Source: an uncultured bacterium
GTDB lineage: Bacteria; Acidobacteriota; HRBIN11; JAKEFK01
DNA: 64,000 nt
Reading direction: 5' to 3'
NCBI GenBank assembly: GCA_963777505.1
Contig: CAVZQN010000003.1
Span: 512,001-576,000, forward strand
The notes under the pieces were generated by a model. The model searched no databases and had not been told where the DNA came from. It saw only the letters and a list, made by a program, of their open reading frames with translations. Of this stretch, positions 19,017 to 28,211 are shown piece by piece (positions within the stretch are counted from its first letter, which is position 1; every line of letters starts with the position of its first letter). Position numbers and translations under genes: made by a program.

Positions 19017-19919
19017 ATGCAAAAAATTAAACCGCATTTATGGTATGACAAAGAAGCTAAAGAAGCGGCTGAGTTTTATACGTCATTTTTTCCGAATTCA
19101 AAAATAACGAATGTAACAACTTTGCACAACACGCCATCTGGCGATTGCGATGTTGTTTCATTTGAATTATGTGGACAAGAATTTATGTCTATCAGTGCAG
19201 GTCCGTTATTCAAGTTCAATCCATCTGTTTCATTTCATGTGAAATGCAGTACCAAAGATCAAGTCGATGCGTTGTGGAAAAAACTGTCCGTTGATGGAGC
19301 CGTTCTTATGGAGCTTGATCAATATCCATTCAGCGAAAGATATGGATGGCTTCAAGATAAGTATGGAGTTTCATGGCAACTGATGTATGTCGGCGATTCC
19401 GAAATAACGCAACAAATAGCTCCTTTCCTTATGTTTGTTGGTGATAACTGTGGGAAAGCTGGAGAGGCAATAAATTTCTATACATCAGTTTTCTCTTCAA
19501 GAGGAAGTGAAGGCTCATCAAAAGTTCACTCTGTTCAACAATACGAAAAAAACGAAAGTCCTGACAAAGAAGGCACAGTTAAATATGCTCAGTTCACGCT
19601 GCTTGGGCAGGACTTTGGAGCAATGGACAGCGCTCACGCACATAACTTTAAATTCAATGAAGCGATTTCGCTCATGGTGCATTGCGACACACAAGAAGAA
19701 ATCGATTACTACTGGAACAAACTTTCAGCAGATCCAAAATCAGAGCAATGCGGCTGGCTAAAAGATAAGTTCGGATTCTCCTGGCAGATTGTACCTAGAA
19801 TCATGGAGGAAATGTTGAAAGAAGGTACACAGGAACAGATCGATCGATTGACCAAAGCATTTCTCAAGATGAAAAAATTCGATATAGCTGAACTTAAACA
19901 GGCATATGTAGGCAATTGA
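19017..19919 (+). CDS. VOC/PhnB-like (3-demethylubiquinone-9 methyltransferase-like) tandem-domain protein
   Basis: Duplicated AKEAAEFY...FKFN..SF...GWL.DK.G.SWQ domain. Start moved to ATG 19017 after AGGAGAAGG. Confidence 0.9.
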   Translation: MQKIKPHLWYDKEAKEAAEFYTSFFPNSKITNVTTLHNTPSGDCDVVSFELCGQEFMSISAGPLFKFNPSVSFHVKCSTKDQVDALWKKLSVDGAVLMELDQYPFSERYGWLQDKYGVSWQLMYVGDSEITQQIAPFLMFVGDNCGKAGEAINFYTSVFSSRGSEGSSKVHSVQQYEKNESPDKEGTVKYAQFTLLGQDFGAMDSAHAHNFKFNEAISLMVHCDTQEEIDYYWNKLSADPKSEQCGWLKDKFGFSWQIVPRIMEEMLKEGTQEQIDRLTKAFLKMKKFDIAELKQAYVGN

Positions 19920-19952
19920 TCTGATTTGAGCAGTCCGGCCGCTTGAAAACGC

Positions 19953-20008
19953 ATCAATTCCTTGGTATGCTTTCAAATATTTTGAAACGAAGTTTCATAA
20001 TATGAAAC
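19953..20008. promoter_or_regulatory. Operator-containing direct repeat, copy 2, overlapping the IclR start codon
   Basis: Perfect palindrome GTTTCATA-A-TATGAAAC (19992-20008) includes the ATG at 20002; compensatory change relative to copy 1. Confidence 0.75.
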
Positions 20009-20817
20009 AAACAAGGTCCCGCATTCGCCGAGGAAAAGCGTATCCCGGAACGCAAGCTGTAATTCGCGCGCTTACATTATTAAAGCTTTTTACAGATGCG
20101 CAACCGGAATGGGCATTGAAAGATCTTGTTAAACGAACGAAGCTGAATAAATCCACATTATTCAGATTACTTACTGCGCTTGAGAGTGAAGGCTTAATCT
20201 CGCGCGATCCGATTTCTGAAACGTACAGGCTGGGACCAGAAGTCATCGCTCTTGGCGGCCGCGCTCTTCGCTCCAATCCGCTTCAAATTATCAGCCGTGA
20301 TGAACTGAAATTGCTTGCTGAAAAAACACGCGAAACTGCATCATTGGAAGTCTTATCCGGACGCGATGTAGTCATTCTCGAAGAAGTCGTAGGAGATCGC
20401 GTACTCAGCGGCATTGCATCAATTGGAACACGATGGCCTGCCTTTGCAACTTCAACAGGACTTGCAATCCTGTCAAGACTTCCGGATGCGGAAGTCACTG
20501 AAATTCTGAAACCACCACTAACACAAATCACTTCAAAGACAATTATTTCGATTGAACAACTTCGTAGAGAATTACTCAACATTAAACAGCGCGGTTTTTC
20601 CATCGCAGATGAAGTGCTTGAGTTGGGATATGTGGCAATTGGTGCTTCCATTGTGAACCATGATGGCGATGTTGCAGGTGCCATCAGCATCGGTGGACCT
20701 AAAGTTCGACTGACACCCGACAGAATTAATGAATTCGGCAATATCGTTCGCAATACTGCTGCACGCATTTCTGCAAAGCTTGGCCACCGCTTGAACAAGG
20801 AGACAACCCCCGCATGA
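20002..20817 (+). CDS. IclR family transcriptional regulator
   Basis: AVIRAL.LL, KSTLFRLL.AL HTH, YRLG, ETASL, ATSTGLAILS and GAISIGGP. Confidence 0.93.
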   Translation: MKQTRSRIRRGKAYPGTQAVIRALTLLKLFTDAQPEWALKDLVKRTKLNKSTLFRLLTALESEGLISRDPISETYRLGPEVIALGGRALRSNPLQIISRDELKLLAEKTRETASLEVLSGRDVVILEEVVGDRVLSGIASIGTRWPAFATSTGLAILSRLPDAEVTEILKPPLTQITSKTIISIEQLRRELLNIKQRGFSIADEVLELGYVAIGASIVNHDGDVAGAISIGGPKVRLTPDRINEFGNIVRNTAARISAKLGHRLNKETTPA

Positions 20818-21680
20818 AACTTCAATCAATCGTATTTTTGATTGATTGTCCCGACCAAAAAGGACTCGTCGCGCGCATCAGCAATTTCTTTTATCAACGC
20901 GGCTTTAACATTCTTCACTGCCAGCAGCATTCAAATGTAAAGGAAAATCACTACTTCATGCGGATCAAACTGGATATGGCTGGTTTAACGACATCGCGAA
21001 AAGCATTGGAAGAAGAATTTGCGCAATTAGCTGAACCATTGAACATGCGATGGACCGTACATTATGCCGATTTAATGTACCGGGTCGCAATCCTTGTGAC
21101 ACGCACATCTCATTGTCTTTATGACTTGCTGCTTCGTAAAGAGGAAGGCGAAATTCAATGTGAGATTCCGGTCATCATTAGCAATCATCCCGATCTTGAG
21201 CATGTCGCCAATCAGTTTCGAATTCCGTACCACTGTGTGCCCGTTACTAAAGAAACAAAGGCCCAGCAGGAAACCGAAATTTTGCGGCTACTTAAGCATT
21301 ACCATATTGATCTTGTTGTGCTTGCGCGTTATATGCAGATCCTATCAAACAATTTTGTAAATGATTGGCGTGGACGCATCATTAATATTCATCATGCATT
21401 TTTACCTTCCTTTCTTGGTGCGAATCCATATCAGCAAGCTTTTGATCGCGGTGTCAAAATGATTGGAGCAACAGCTCACTATGCAACACCTGAGTTGGAT
21501 GAAGGCCCGATTATCGAACAGGATGTTGTTCGCGTGACTCACGATGAATCCGTGGAAGACTTAACTCGCATCGGCCGGGATGTCGAACGCATCGTGCTCG
21601 CCCGCGCTGTAAAAGCTCACCTCGAACACCGCACAATCCTGGCCGGCCGGCGCGTGATTGTGTTCGGCCCAGGTGTTTAA
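20814..21680 (+). CDS. purU: Formyltetrahydrofolate deformylase
   Basis: CPDQKGLVA ACT domain, SHCLYDLL, VLARYMQILS, INIHH and GATAHY..LDEGPIIEQ. Confidence 0.96.
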   Translation: MKLQSIVFLIDCPDQKGLVARISNFFYQRGFNILHCQQHSNVKENHYFMRIKLDMAGLTTSRKALEEEFAQLAEPLNMRWTVHYADLMYRVAILVTRTSHCLYDLLLRKEEGEIQCEIPVIISNHPDLEHVANQFRIPYHCVPVTKETKAQQETEILRLLKHYHIDLVVLARYMQILSNNFVNDWRGRIINIHHAFLPSFLGANPYQQAFDRGVKMIGATAHYATPELDEGPIIEQDVVRVTHDESVEDLTRIGRDVERIVLARAVKAHLEHRTILAGRRVIVFGPGV

Positions 21681-21696
21681 CCGCAAAGCCGCAAAG
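21678..21696 (+). repeat. Family A repeat copy starting at the purU stop codon
   Basis: TAACCGCAAAGCCGCAAAG. Confidence 0.78.
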
Positions 21697-21716
21697 AAGT
21701 CGTATACTTATCGGGT

Positions 21717-22367
21717 ATGAAATGGTTCGCTATATATATGATGCTGTTACTCTCACCGGCCATGGTATTTGCCGATGCCAGGTTAGATCAGCTGATGCAG
21801 AAATTGCAAAAGAAGTACGATACACTGGAAGGGTTTAAAGCAAATTTTACTCAAAGTTATCAATCGCAGAGGTTTTCAGAAGGCCTTTCGGAGTCCGGGA
21901 TCGTCTATCTTAAGAAAGGCGGTTTGATGAAATGGCAGTATATGAAGCCTGAACAGAAAATGTTTGTCAGTGACAGGATGTTTTATTATTACTATGTTCC
22001 TGAAGATAAACAGGTTATTAAGACTCCTGTTTCGCCAGACGGAAACGAACGGTCTCCAACTTTATTTCTCGCAGGACGGGGCAATTTTCTTCAGGATTTT
22101 AAGGCAGAATGGTCTGATTCTCGACCAGGCTCTCATTTAGTTAAGTTGACACCCTTGAAGGCTCAATCCGACTTTAAATCCTTAATTGTGGATGTCGACC
22201 CCATCTCAGGTTTGATTTTACGGCTTCTTGTCGTCGATGAATTCGACAATCGGACTGAGTATAAATTTACAGAAATTCAAGAAAATCCAAGCTTACCATC
22301 CAACTTTTTCACCTTTCAACCCCCGCCAGGAACCGATGTGATTTACCAGAGGAGTGAGGCTGAATAG
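21717..22367 (+). CDS. lolA: Outer membrane lipoprotein carrier LolA family
   Basis: Signal peptide, FKANFTQ, G.V...K.G.MKWQY.KPEQK.FVSD and FTFQPP.G.DV. Confidence 0.85.
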   Translation: MKWFAIYMMLLLSPAMVFADARLDQLMQKLQKKYDTLEGFKANFTQSYQSQRFSEGLSESGIVYLKKGGLMKWQYMKPEQKMFVSDRMFYYYYVPEDKQVIKTPVSPDGNERSPTLFLAGRGNFLQDFKAEWSDSRPGSHLVKLTPLKAQSDFKSLIVDVDPISGLILRLLVVDEFDNRTEYKFTEIQENPSLPSNFFTFQPPPGTDVIYQRSEAE

Positions 22368-22379
22368 CCAATAATTACA

Positions 22380-22964
22380 TTGATGCCTAGACAAAACCTC
22401 CTTTTCTTACGTAGTAAAGAAGAGGCAATCCTTCTGGATGAGCAAAAGCTAATCCAGAGATGTCTGGAGGGAGAACGTCAGGCTTTTGAAAAGATTGTTG
22501 AGAAATACCGTGATCCTTTGTACTGGACGGCTTTCAATTTGGTACTAGATTCTGAGGATGCACGAGACGTGACGCAGCAAGCGTTTTTGAAAATTTGGAG
22601 ATCGTTACCGGAATATGATCCAAACCGTACTTTTTCCGGCTGGGCACACCGAATAACGGCTAATTGTGCAATCGATCTTTTGCGATCCCGTCGTGAATCG
22701 GAACCGCTCTTGGAAGATGTACCCGCGGAACGCTCAACACTTGATCAAAGGATCGATGTACGAAAGATTTTTTCGCGTGTAGCACCGTTACTGCCGCAGC
22801 GACAAAGAATAGTTTTGGTTCTCAGAGAGATTCACGGCATGGAAATCGCGGAAATTTCGGAGCTATTGCAGTGCACGGAATCGACGGTTCGTAATCTCCT
22901 GTCTCAGGCAAAGGATTCCTTTAGAAAACGAACGAAGGAACTTTTTCCTGGTTATGGACTGTAA
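22380..22964 (+). CDS. ECF sigma-70 factor
   Basis: AFE.IV..Y, DARDVTQQAFLK.W, W..RI..N..ID and EISELL....STVRN.L. Confidence 0.92.
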   Translation: MMPRQNLLFLRSKEEAILLDEQKLIQRCLEGERQAFEKIVEKYRDPLYWTAFNLVLDSEDARDVTQQAFLKIWRSLPEYDPNRTFSGWAHRITANCAIDLLRSRRESEPLLEDVPAERSTLDQRIDVRKIFSRVAPLLPQRQRIVLVLREIHGMEIAEISELLQCTESTVRNLLSQAKDSFRKRTKELFPGYGL

Positions 22965-23454
22965 ACAAATTCCAAAGGCTGAACGGTGGGATGATGCTTC
23001 CGTTCAACAACTGGAACAATATCGGAATCATATTAAGTTTTGCCTGGCGTGCCGCCGGCGAGTTACTAATGAATCGCCCGCCAATTTGTTACATGAATTA
23101 AAAGGCGGCGCGATGCCGGAAGAGTTTTGGATCGGTTTTTGGGATTCGCTGGAGAATAAATTAACTCCAGCACAAGAGAAAAGGTATCATCTGCCCCTCT
23201 TGCCGGTGGTGCGTTGGGCTGCAGCATTGATTGTAGCGCTTTTATTAGCGCTGTATGAAAACAAGTTACCTGAGTCCCCCTCCTATGAAATCACAAGGGG
23301 TGGACCCCAAGTCCGCCCCTTTGATTCTCTCGCAGAAATTTCTGCTTACCCTCTTATCGAAGAAGTGCAAGAGCCAGGATCTACATACGCAATTTTTGAA
23401 GCTGCCGGAAATCAGAAGATTGTGATGATCTTCAATCCGGACATTGAGCTATGA
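22954..23454 (+). CDS. Putative membrane-anchored anti-sigma factor
   Basis: Overlaps the ECF gene; HxxxCxxC (HIKFCLAC) zinc-finger-like motif and one TM segment. Confidence 0.7.
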   Translation: MDCKQIPKAERWDDASVQQLEQYRNHIKFCLACRRRVTNESPANLLHELKGGAMPEEFWIGFWDSLENKLTPAQEKRYHLPLLPVVRWAAALIVALLLALYENKLPESPSYEITRGGPQVRPFDSLAEISAYPLIEEVQEPGSTYAIFEAAGNQKIVMIFNPDIEL

Positions 23455-24257
23455 ACCTTTCGGTTTCTTATGAGGTCCGCGAAGGTGCAGATGCGCTGAG
23501 GAGCGGATGTGAAAAGCAGGGGAGCAGGGGAGAAAGGGAGCAGGGGAGAAAAGTTGGTACACAAAAATCTTTTCAACATCACAGTCTTGTTTTCTTTTCT
23601 GCAATTTTTCTTTCCACATTCACATTCTGTCTTTACGCGCAGGACACACTTCTCACAAAAGCTTTTTCCATCAAATTCAAGAAGGTGGATGAAGTGGCTT
23701 CAGTAATTAATGGTCTCCTTAGCGAAAAAGGCGCTCTTACCTTACAGCCACGACTTCAAACGATTGTCGTTCAAGACTATGAAAAAAATCTAAGACAAGT
23801 CGAGATGGCAATTGCTGCTTTCGACGTTCCGCCGCCTGCAGCTGAAGTCTCCGTAAAACTAGTACGTGCTTCCAAAAATGCAGAACCGTCTCCAATTTCA
23901 GATGAGATCAAAAATATGGCCAGAGTAGGAGACGTTTTGAAATTCAATCAATATTCACTTTTAGATAGTGGAATTGTTGAATGCGAAGAAGGTCAGAATT
24001 CAGTTTTATCACTGGCGCAAGAATATCAAATTAGCTTTGTTCCCGATATTATTCAAGAAGGAAATAACATCATACGACTCAAAAATTTTCAATTGAAGAA
24101 AAAGAAAAAAGATGGCAACGGAAAGGATAGCTTTCTTCCATTACTTACTGTAACTGTGAACTTAAAAAACGCGGAAACACTTGTACTTGGCGCAAGCCGG
24201 TTTGAGGAAAGTGATCAGGCTTTGCTCATTATGCTTTTAGGAAAAGTAAAAAAATGA
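23451..24257 (+). CDS. Exported protein with secretin N-domain (NolW-like), no secretin barrel
   Basis: TKAFSIKFKKVDEVASVINGLLSEKG.L...TIVVQD..NL......AAFDVPP; N-terminus contains a family B repeat. Confidence 0.65.
   Translation: MNLSVSYEVREGADALRSGCEKQGSRGEREQGRKVGTQKSFQHHSLVFFSAIFLSTFTFCLYAQDTLLTKAFSIKFKKVDEVASVINGLLSEKGALTLQPRLQTIVVQDYEKNLRQVEMAIAAFDVPPPAAEVSVKLVRASKNAEPSPISDEIKNMARVGDVLKFNQYSLLDSGIVECEEGQNSVLSLAQEYQISFVPDIIQEGNNIIRLKNFQLKKKKKDGNGKDSFLPLLTVTVNLKNAETLVLGASRFEESDQALLIMLLGKVKK
23516..23551 (+). repeat. Family B repeat copy, in frame within an N-terminal coding region
   Basis: GCAGGGGAGCAGGGGAGAAAGGGAGCAGGGGAGAAA; the first 31 nt are identical to 48176-48206. Confidence 0.88.
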
Positions 24258-24275
24258 CTTTGAGTCTTTGTGGTA
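24258..24275 (-). repeat. Family A repeat copy
   Basis: Reverse complement TACCACAAAGACTCAAAG, immediately after the stop at 24257. Confidence 0.7.
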
Positions 24276-24281
24276 AATCTC

Positions 24282-25505
24282 ATGGCTGAATTTGTTTGTA
24301 AATACGGAACCGCAGGCGGCGAGATTCTCGAGAAAGTATATGTAGCTGAATCTGAGAAGAATCTTCGCCATCAGATGGAGCAGCAAGGATTCTACGTTTT
24401 TGCTATTCAACGCAAACTCGAAGCAGCCACGCTTTTGAAGTCCGCATTCAATTTTAAACGGCGAAAAGTCTCTGCAAAACAATTCGTTGTATTCAATCAG
24501 GAACTTGCAGCATTGATCCATTCCGGATTACCACTGCTCCGTTCTCTTGAATTGCTAATGGAACGCGTTGGCAATCCAGAATTCGGAGTCATCCTCGAAG
24601 ATGTTTACAAACAGGTAAAATCAGGAACTTCACTCTCTGAATCTTTCTCAAAATATCCTGATATTTTCCCGCGTGTTTATACTGCAAGCATTCTGGCAGG
24701 CGAAAAAAGCGGAACCCTGGAACAAGTAATTCGCAGGTTTCTTGGCTACATGAAAATCAGCATAGCCATCCGTACCAAAGTTGTTTCAAGCATGATCTAT
24801 CCTGCATTACTTCTTCTTCTTTCCTTTGCGGTGGTTGGCGTTTTGATCGGATATGTGATTCCAAAATTTACGGAATTTTATTCAGGATTTGCTGGAGACT
24901 TACCTCTTGTTACCAAGATTCTAATCGCTGTCTCATCATTTTTTCGCACCCATTTCCTGTGGATTCTCATCGGCATCATTCTTTTCATCGTGTTCTTTAA
25001 GCTTTATGTAAAAACATCAAATACTGCACGCGTCGCCGTCGACCGTATAAAACTAAAGATTCCTTATATAGGAACGCTCTGGACGAAATTTTCAGTTTCG
25101 CAGCTGATGCGAACACTGCATACTTTACTCGCTGGCGGAATTCCACTCGTAAGTGCGATTGATGTAGCTGCCAGTGCTGTTGGTAACAGACTCATATCAA
25201 ACCGGCTAAGCAACGTAAGCCAGGGAGTTAAAGAAGGTGACCCATTGTGGTCCTCTCTTCAACAAACAGGTTTGATGACGCATATGGCAATCGAAATGGT
25301 TAAAGTGGGTGAGGAGACAGGATCACTGGAAGAAATGTTAAAAAATATTTCTGATTTTTACGATGAAGAAATTGAAACGAACTTGAACAATGTTCTAGCA
25401 ATTATCGAACCCGTGATGTTAATCGTGATGGGATTGGTAATCGCTGTAATTTTGCTGTCTATGTACTATCCATTGTTCAGCGCGATTACAACGATACGGG
25501 ATTAG
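24282..25505 (+). CDS. pilC: Type II secretion F / PilC inner-membrane platform protein
   Basis: QELAALIHSGLPL, AGEKSGTL, MIYP and VGEETGSL; ATG 24282 preferred over GTG 24270. Confidence 0.92.
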   Translation: MAEFVCKYGTAGGEILEKVYVAESEKNLRHQMEQQGFYVFAIQRKLEAATLLKSAFNFKRRKVSAKQFVVFNQELAALIHSGLPLLRSLELLMERVGNPEFGVILEDVYKQVKSGTSLSESFSKYPDIFPRVYTASILAGEKSGTLEQVIRRFLGYMKISIAIRTKVVSSMIYPALLLLLSFAVVGVLIGYVIPKFTEFYSGFAGDLPLVTKILIAVSSFFRTHFLWILIGIILFIVFFKLYVKTSNTARVAVDRIKLKIPYIGTLWTKFSVSQLMRTLHTLLAGGIPLVSAIDVAASAVGNRLISNRLSNVSQGVKEGDPLWSSLQQTGLMTHMAIEMVKVGEETGSLEEMLKNISDFYDEEIETNLNNVLAIIEPVMLIVMGLVIAVILLSMYYPLFSAITTIRD

Positions 25506-25516
25506 GGATGGAGCTT

Positions 25517-25534
25517 TACCGCAGAGACACAGAG
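25517..25534 (+). repeat. Family A repeat copy upstream of pilB/gspE
   Basis: TACCGCAGAGACACAGAG; its end runs into GAGGT, 6 nt before ATG 25543. Confidence 0.8.
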
Positions 25535-25542
25535 GTATAGAT

Positions 25543-27216
25543 ATGGCTGAGACAATAGCAAACGGCAAGAACGGTGCAGATCGCACCACAATTCTTGCGG
25601 AAGACGAACGTGAACAAAAAGAACGGAAGATTCAGCTTAGAAACGAAGAGCAAAATGCAAAACAGCTTTCCGAACGCTACAGGCTTGAATTTATTGAACT
25701 GAAAGATTTCCAGATCGATCATTCCCTTTTCAGATCTGTTCCTGTAGATCTAATGTTCAGATATAACTTCGTTCCATTCAAAAAAGATCATGACATTTTA
25801 TATGTTGTCGTTGCTGATCCCAGCAACATTTTGATGGTGGATGATCTTGAACTACAGCTTGGAATCCGGATTCGAATGCTTGTCGGCACCCAAAGCGCGA
25901 TTCAAGATGTGCTTAAGAAATCAGAAAGCAGCCAACGCGTGCTTGAGGAAGCTACAGAAACATTCCGTATGCAGGTTGTTCGTGAGGATGAAGAAGGTGA
26001 CGAAACAATCACAATCGATCGTTTAACAACCGATGCAAGCCCGATCATCAAGCTTGTTGATAGCATCATCTTTAATGCAATCCAGCGAAGAGCCAGCGAC
26101 ATTCACATTGAAACAAAGGATGTTGAAGTTGTTGTGAAGTACCGTATTGACGGCGTGCTTCAGTATGCAATGGAACCGATCGATAAAAAATTTCATAGCT
26201 CAATCATCTCGCGTATTAAAGTTATGTCTGAACTTGATATTGCTGAAAAGAGAGTTCCGCAGGATGGCAGGTTCAAACTTCGGATCAAGAATAAAGCGAT
26301 CGATTTCCGCGTTTCGATTATGCCCAGTGTTCATGGTGAAGATGCAGTTATCCGTATTCTGGATAAAGAATCCATCAACGAAAACTTTGTAGATCTGAAT
26401 TTAGGAGTACTTGGGTTTGTGGACAATATTTTGCGAAAGGTTCGTAAGTACATCTCCGAACCTTACGGGATGGTTCTTGTGACGGGTCCGACTGGAAGTG
26501 GTAAAACAACCACGTTATATGCGGCTGTTTCAGAGATCCGCAGCGTCGAACACAAAATCATTACGATTGAAGATCCTGTAGAGTATCAGTTGCCTGGAAT
26601 TACACAGATTCCTGTAAATGAGAAAAAGGGATTAACATTTGCGCGTGGTCTGCGATCCATTTTGCGTCATGATCCAGACAAAATAATGGTGGGTGAAATT
26701 CGCGATCCGGAAACGGCACAAATAGCAATTCAGTCAGCGTTAACCGGGCATCTTGTTTTTACAACAGTTCACGCCAACAATGTCGTCGATGTTTTAGGGC
26801 GGTTTCTAAATATGGGGATTGAGCCTTACAATTTCGTATCTGCTTTAAACTGTGTACTTGCACAGCGTCTCGTAAGGTTGATCTGCGAGAACTGCAAGGT
26901 ACCTGTTCGCGCAACACCCGAGTTGTTGGAGGAGTCTGCTTTGGATCCGGTGAAGTATGCGGAGAACACTTTCTTTGAAGGAAGCGGTTGTATTGAATGC
27001 GCCGGAACTGGTTACAAAGGACGTACTGCGATCTCGGAGTTATTGGAGCTCAATGATCGTATGCGTGAAGTTTTGCTGACAATCCGGTCTACGGCTGAAA
27101 TCAAACGGGCTGCGCGAGAAGAAGGAATGACATTCCTGCGTGAGTCGGCATTATCAAAAGTATTTTCAGGCGAAACAACGTTGCGGGAAATCAACAAAGT
27201 AACTTTCGTGGAATAA
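25543..27216 (+). CDS. pilB: GspE/PilB assembly ATPase
   Basis: ASDIHIE, PQDGRF, GPTGSGKTTT, TIEDPVE, LRHDPD.IMVGEIRD and CxxC...CxxC. Confidence 0.94.
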   Translation: MAETIANGKNGADRTTILAEDEREQKERKIQLRNEEQNAKQLSERYRLEFIELKDFQIDHSLFRSVPVDLMFRYNFVPFKKDHDILYVVVADPSNILMVDDLELQLGIRIRMLVGTQSAIQDVLKKSESSQRVLEEATETFRMQVVREDEEGDETITIDRLTTDASPIIKLVDSIIFNAIQRRASDIHIETKDVEVVVKYRIDGVLQYAMEPIDKKFHSSIISRIKVMSELDIAEKRVPQDGRFKLRIKNKAIDFRVSIMPSVHGEDAVIRILDKESINENFVDLNLGVLGFVDNILRKVRKYISEPYGMVLVTGPTGSGKTTTLYAAVSEIRSVEHKIITIEDPVEYQLPGITQIPVNEKKGLTFARGLRSILRHDPDKIMVGEIRDPETAQIAIQSALTGHLVFTTVHANNVVDVLGRFLNMGIEPYNFVSALNCVLAQRLVRLICENCKVPVRATPELLEESALDPVKYAENTFFEGSGCIECAGTGYKGRTAISELLELNDRMREVLLTIRSTAEIKRAAREEGMTFLRESALSKVFSGETTLREINKVTFVE

Positions 27217-27219
27217 AGA

Positions 27220-28209
27220 ATGGCACAAATATCTTTTGCTGAACGTTTTCGACATCTACTTGTCAGTCCGCATTATCCCGATGTCGGAATTGAATTCAGC
27301 TCTGATTGTATCCGGCTGGCTGCAAGTGGTACACAACGAGGGAAGCCTGTGCTTGTTCATCTGGATCGTGAACCTTTGCCGCCTGGTGCTATCGAAATCG
27401 GACCATTCAAACCGAATATCCAATCGATTGAGCCCGTTGCGATTGCGTTAAGGAATTTGTGGTCACGAAGTCGAATTAAACCTTCGCGAGTCAGCTTATT
27501 GTTACAGGATCGCGTGGCGTTAACGTTCAACGTGCAGCTTGAGCATCCTGCAAAAAACTCATCAGATTGTCTGGAGCTAATCCGTTTTAAGCTAAAGAAA
27601 AGTGTCCCTTTCCGGATTGAGGATTCACAGCTTACATACTTTAATTCGTCCGGAGTGCCGGATCATACATCTTCATCTCTCTGGTCAGTGGTGTTGAATC
27701 ATGAAGTGCTGAATCAGTATGAGCAATTTGTACAATCTACAATCGATGCGGCATGTGGGCTTGTCGATCTTGTTACTTTTAATTTCATGAACCTCGCACA
27801 TGCTGAAATTCGAAATAGCGGTCTGAAAGACGAAGATGTGTTTTATGTAAATCTTGGCAGAGATTCAATTTCTGTTGCAATCAGTCAGAAGCAGAATTTA
27901 ATGTTCTTCAGAAGCCGGGCCCTTGAGACATCAAAGGAAGATTGGAAGCTTGCTTTTGAAGAGATCCATCCAGCGATGCTTTATTACATTGATAAGTTAG
28001 GAGGACAATCTTTATCGCGCGCTTTTGTTCATGCGGAAACAAATTTTGATGAACTTTCCGCGGAAATGGAAAAGCAATTTGGAATTAGTTCAACAACGCT
28101 TGCTTTGCAGCAATATACAGGATCGCGATATGACTCAAGCAAGTCTGATGCCCTGCAACCTTTTGTTCCACTGATTGGTCTTCTTGTCACGCGGAAGGCG
28201 GAGTTCTAA
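27220..28209 (+). CDS. PilM-like (GspL cytoplasmic, actin-fold) protein
   Basis: Position between pilB and pilN-like genes; IRFKLKKSVPF and FFRSR motifs. Confidence 0.65.
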   Translation: MAQISFAERFRHLLVSPHYPDVGIEFSSDCIRLAASGTQRGKPVLVHLDREPLPPGAIEIGPFKPNIQSIEPVAIALRNLWSRSRIKPSRVSLLLQDRVALTFNVQLEHPAKNSSDCLELIRFKLKKSVPFRIEDSQLTYFNSSGVPDHTSSSLWSVVLNHEVLNQYEQFVQSTIDAACGLVDLVTFNFMNLAHAEIRNSGLKDEDVFYVNLGRDSISVAISQKQNLMFFRSRALETSKEDWKLAFEEIHPAMLYYIDKLGGQSLSRAFVHAETNFDELSAEMEKQFGISSTTLALQQYTGSRYDSSKSDALQPFVPLIGLLVTRKAEF

Positions 28210-28211
28210 TC

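Noticed and set aside
18870-19977. TTGGT(G/A)TGC in both direct-repeat copies as sigma54 -24 boxes
   Set aside because: There is no GC at the -12 position.
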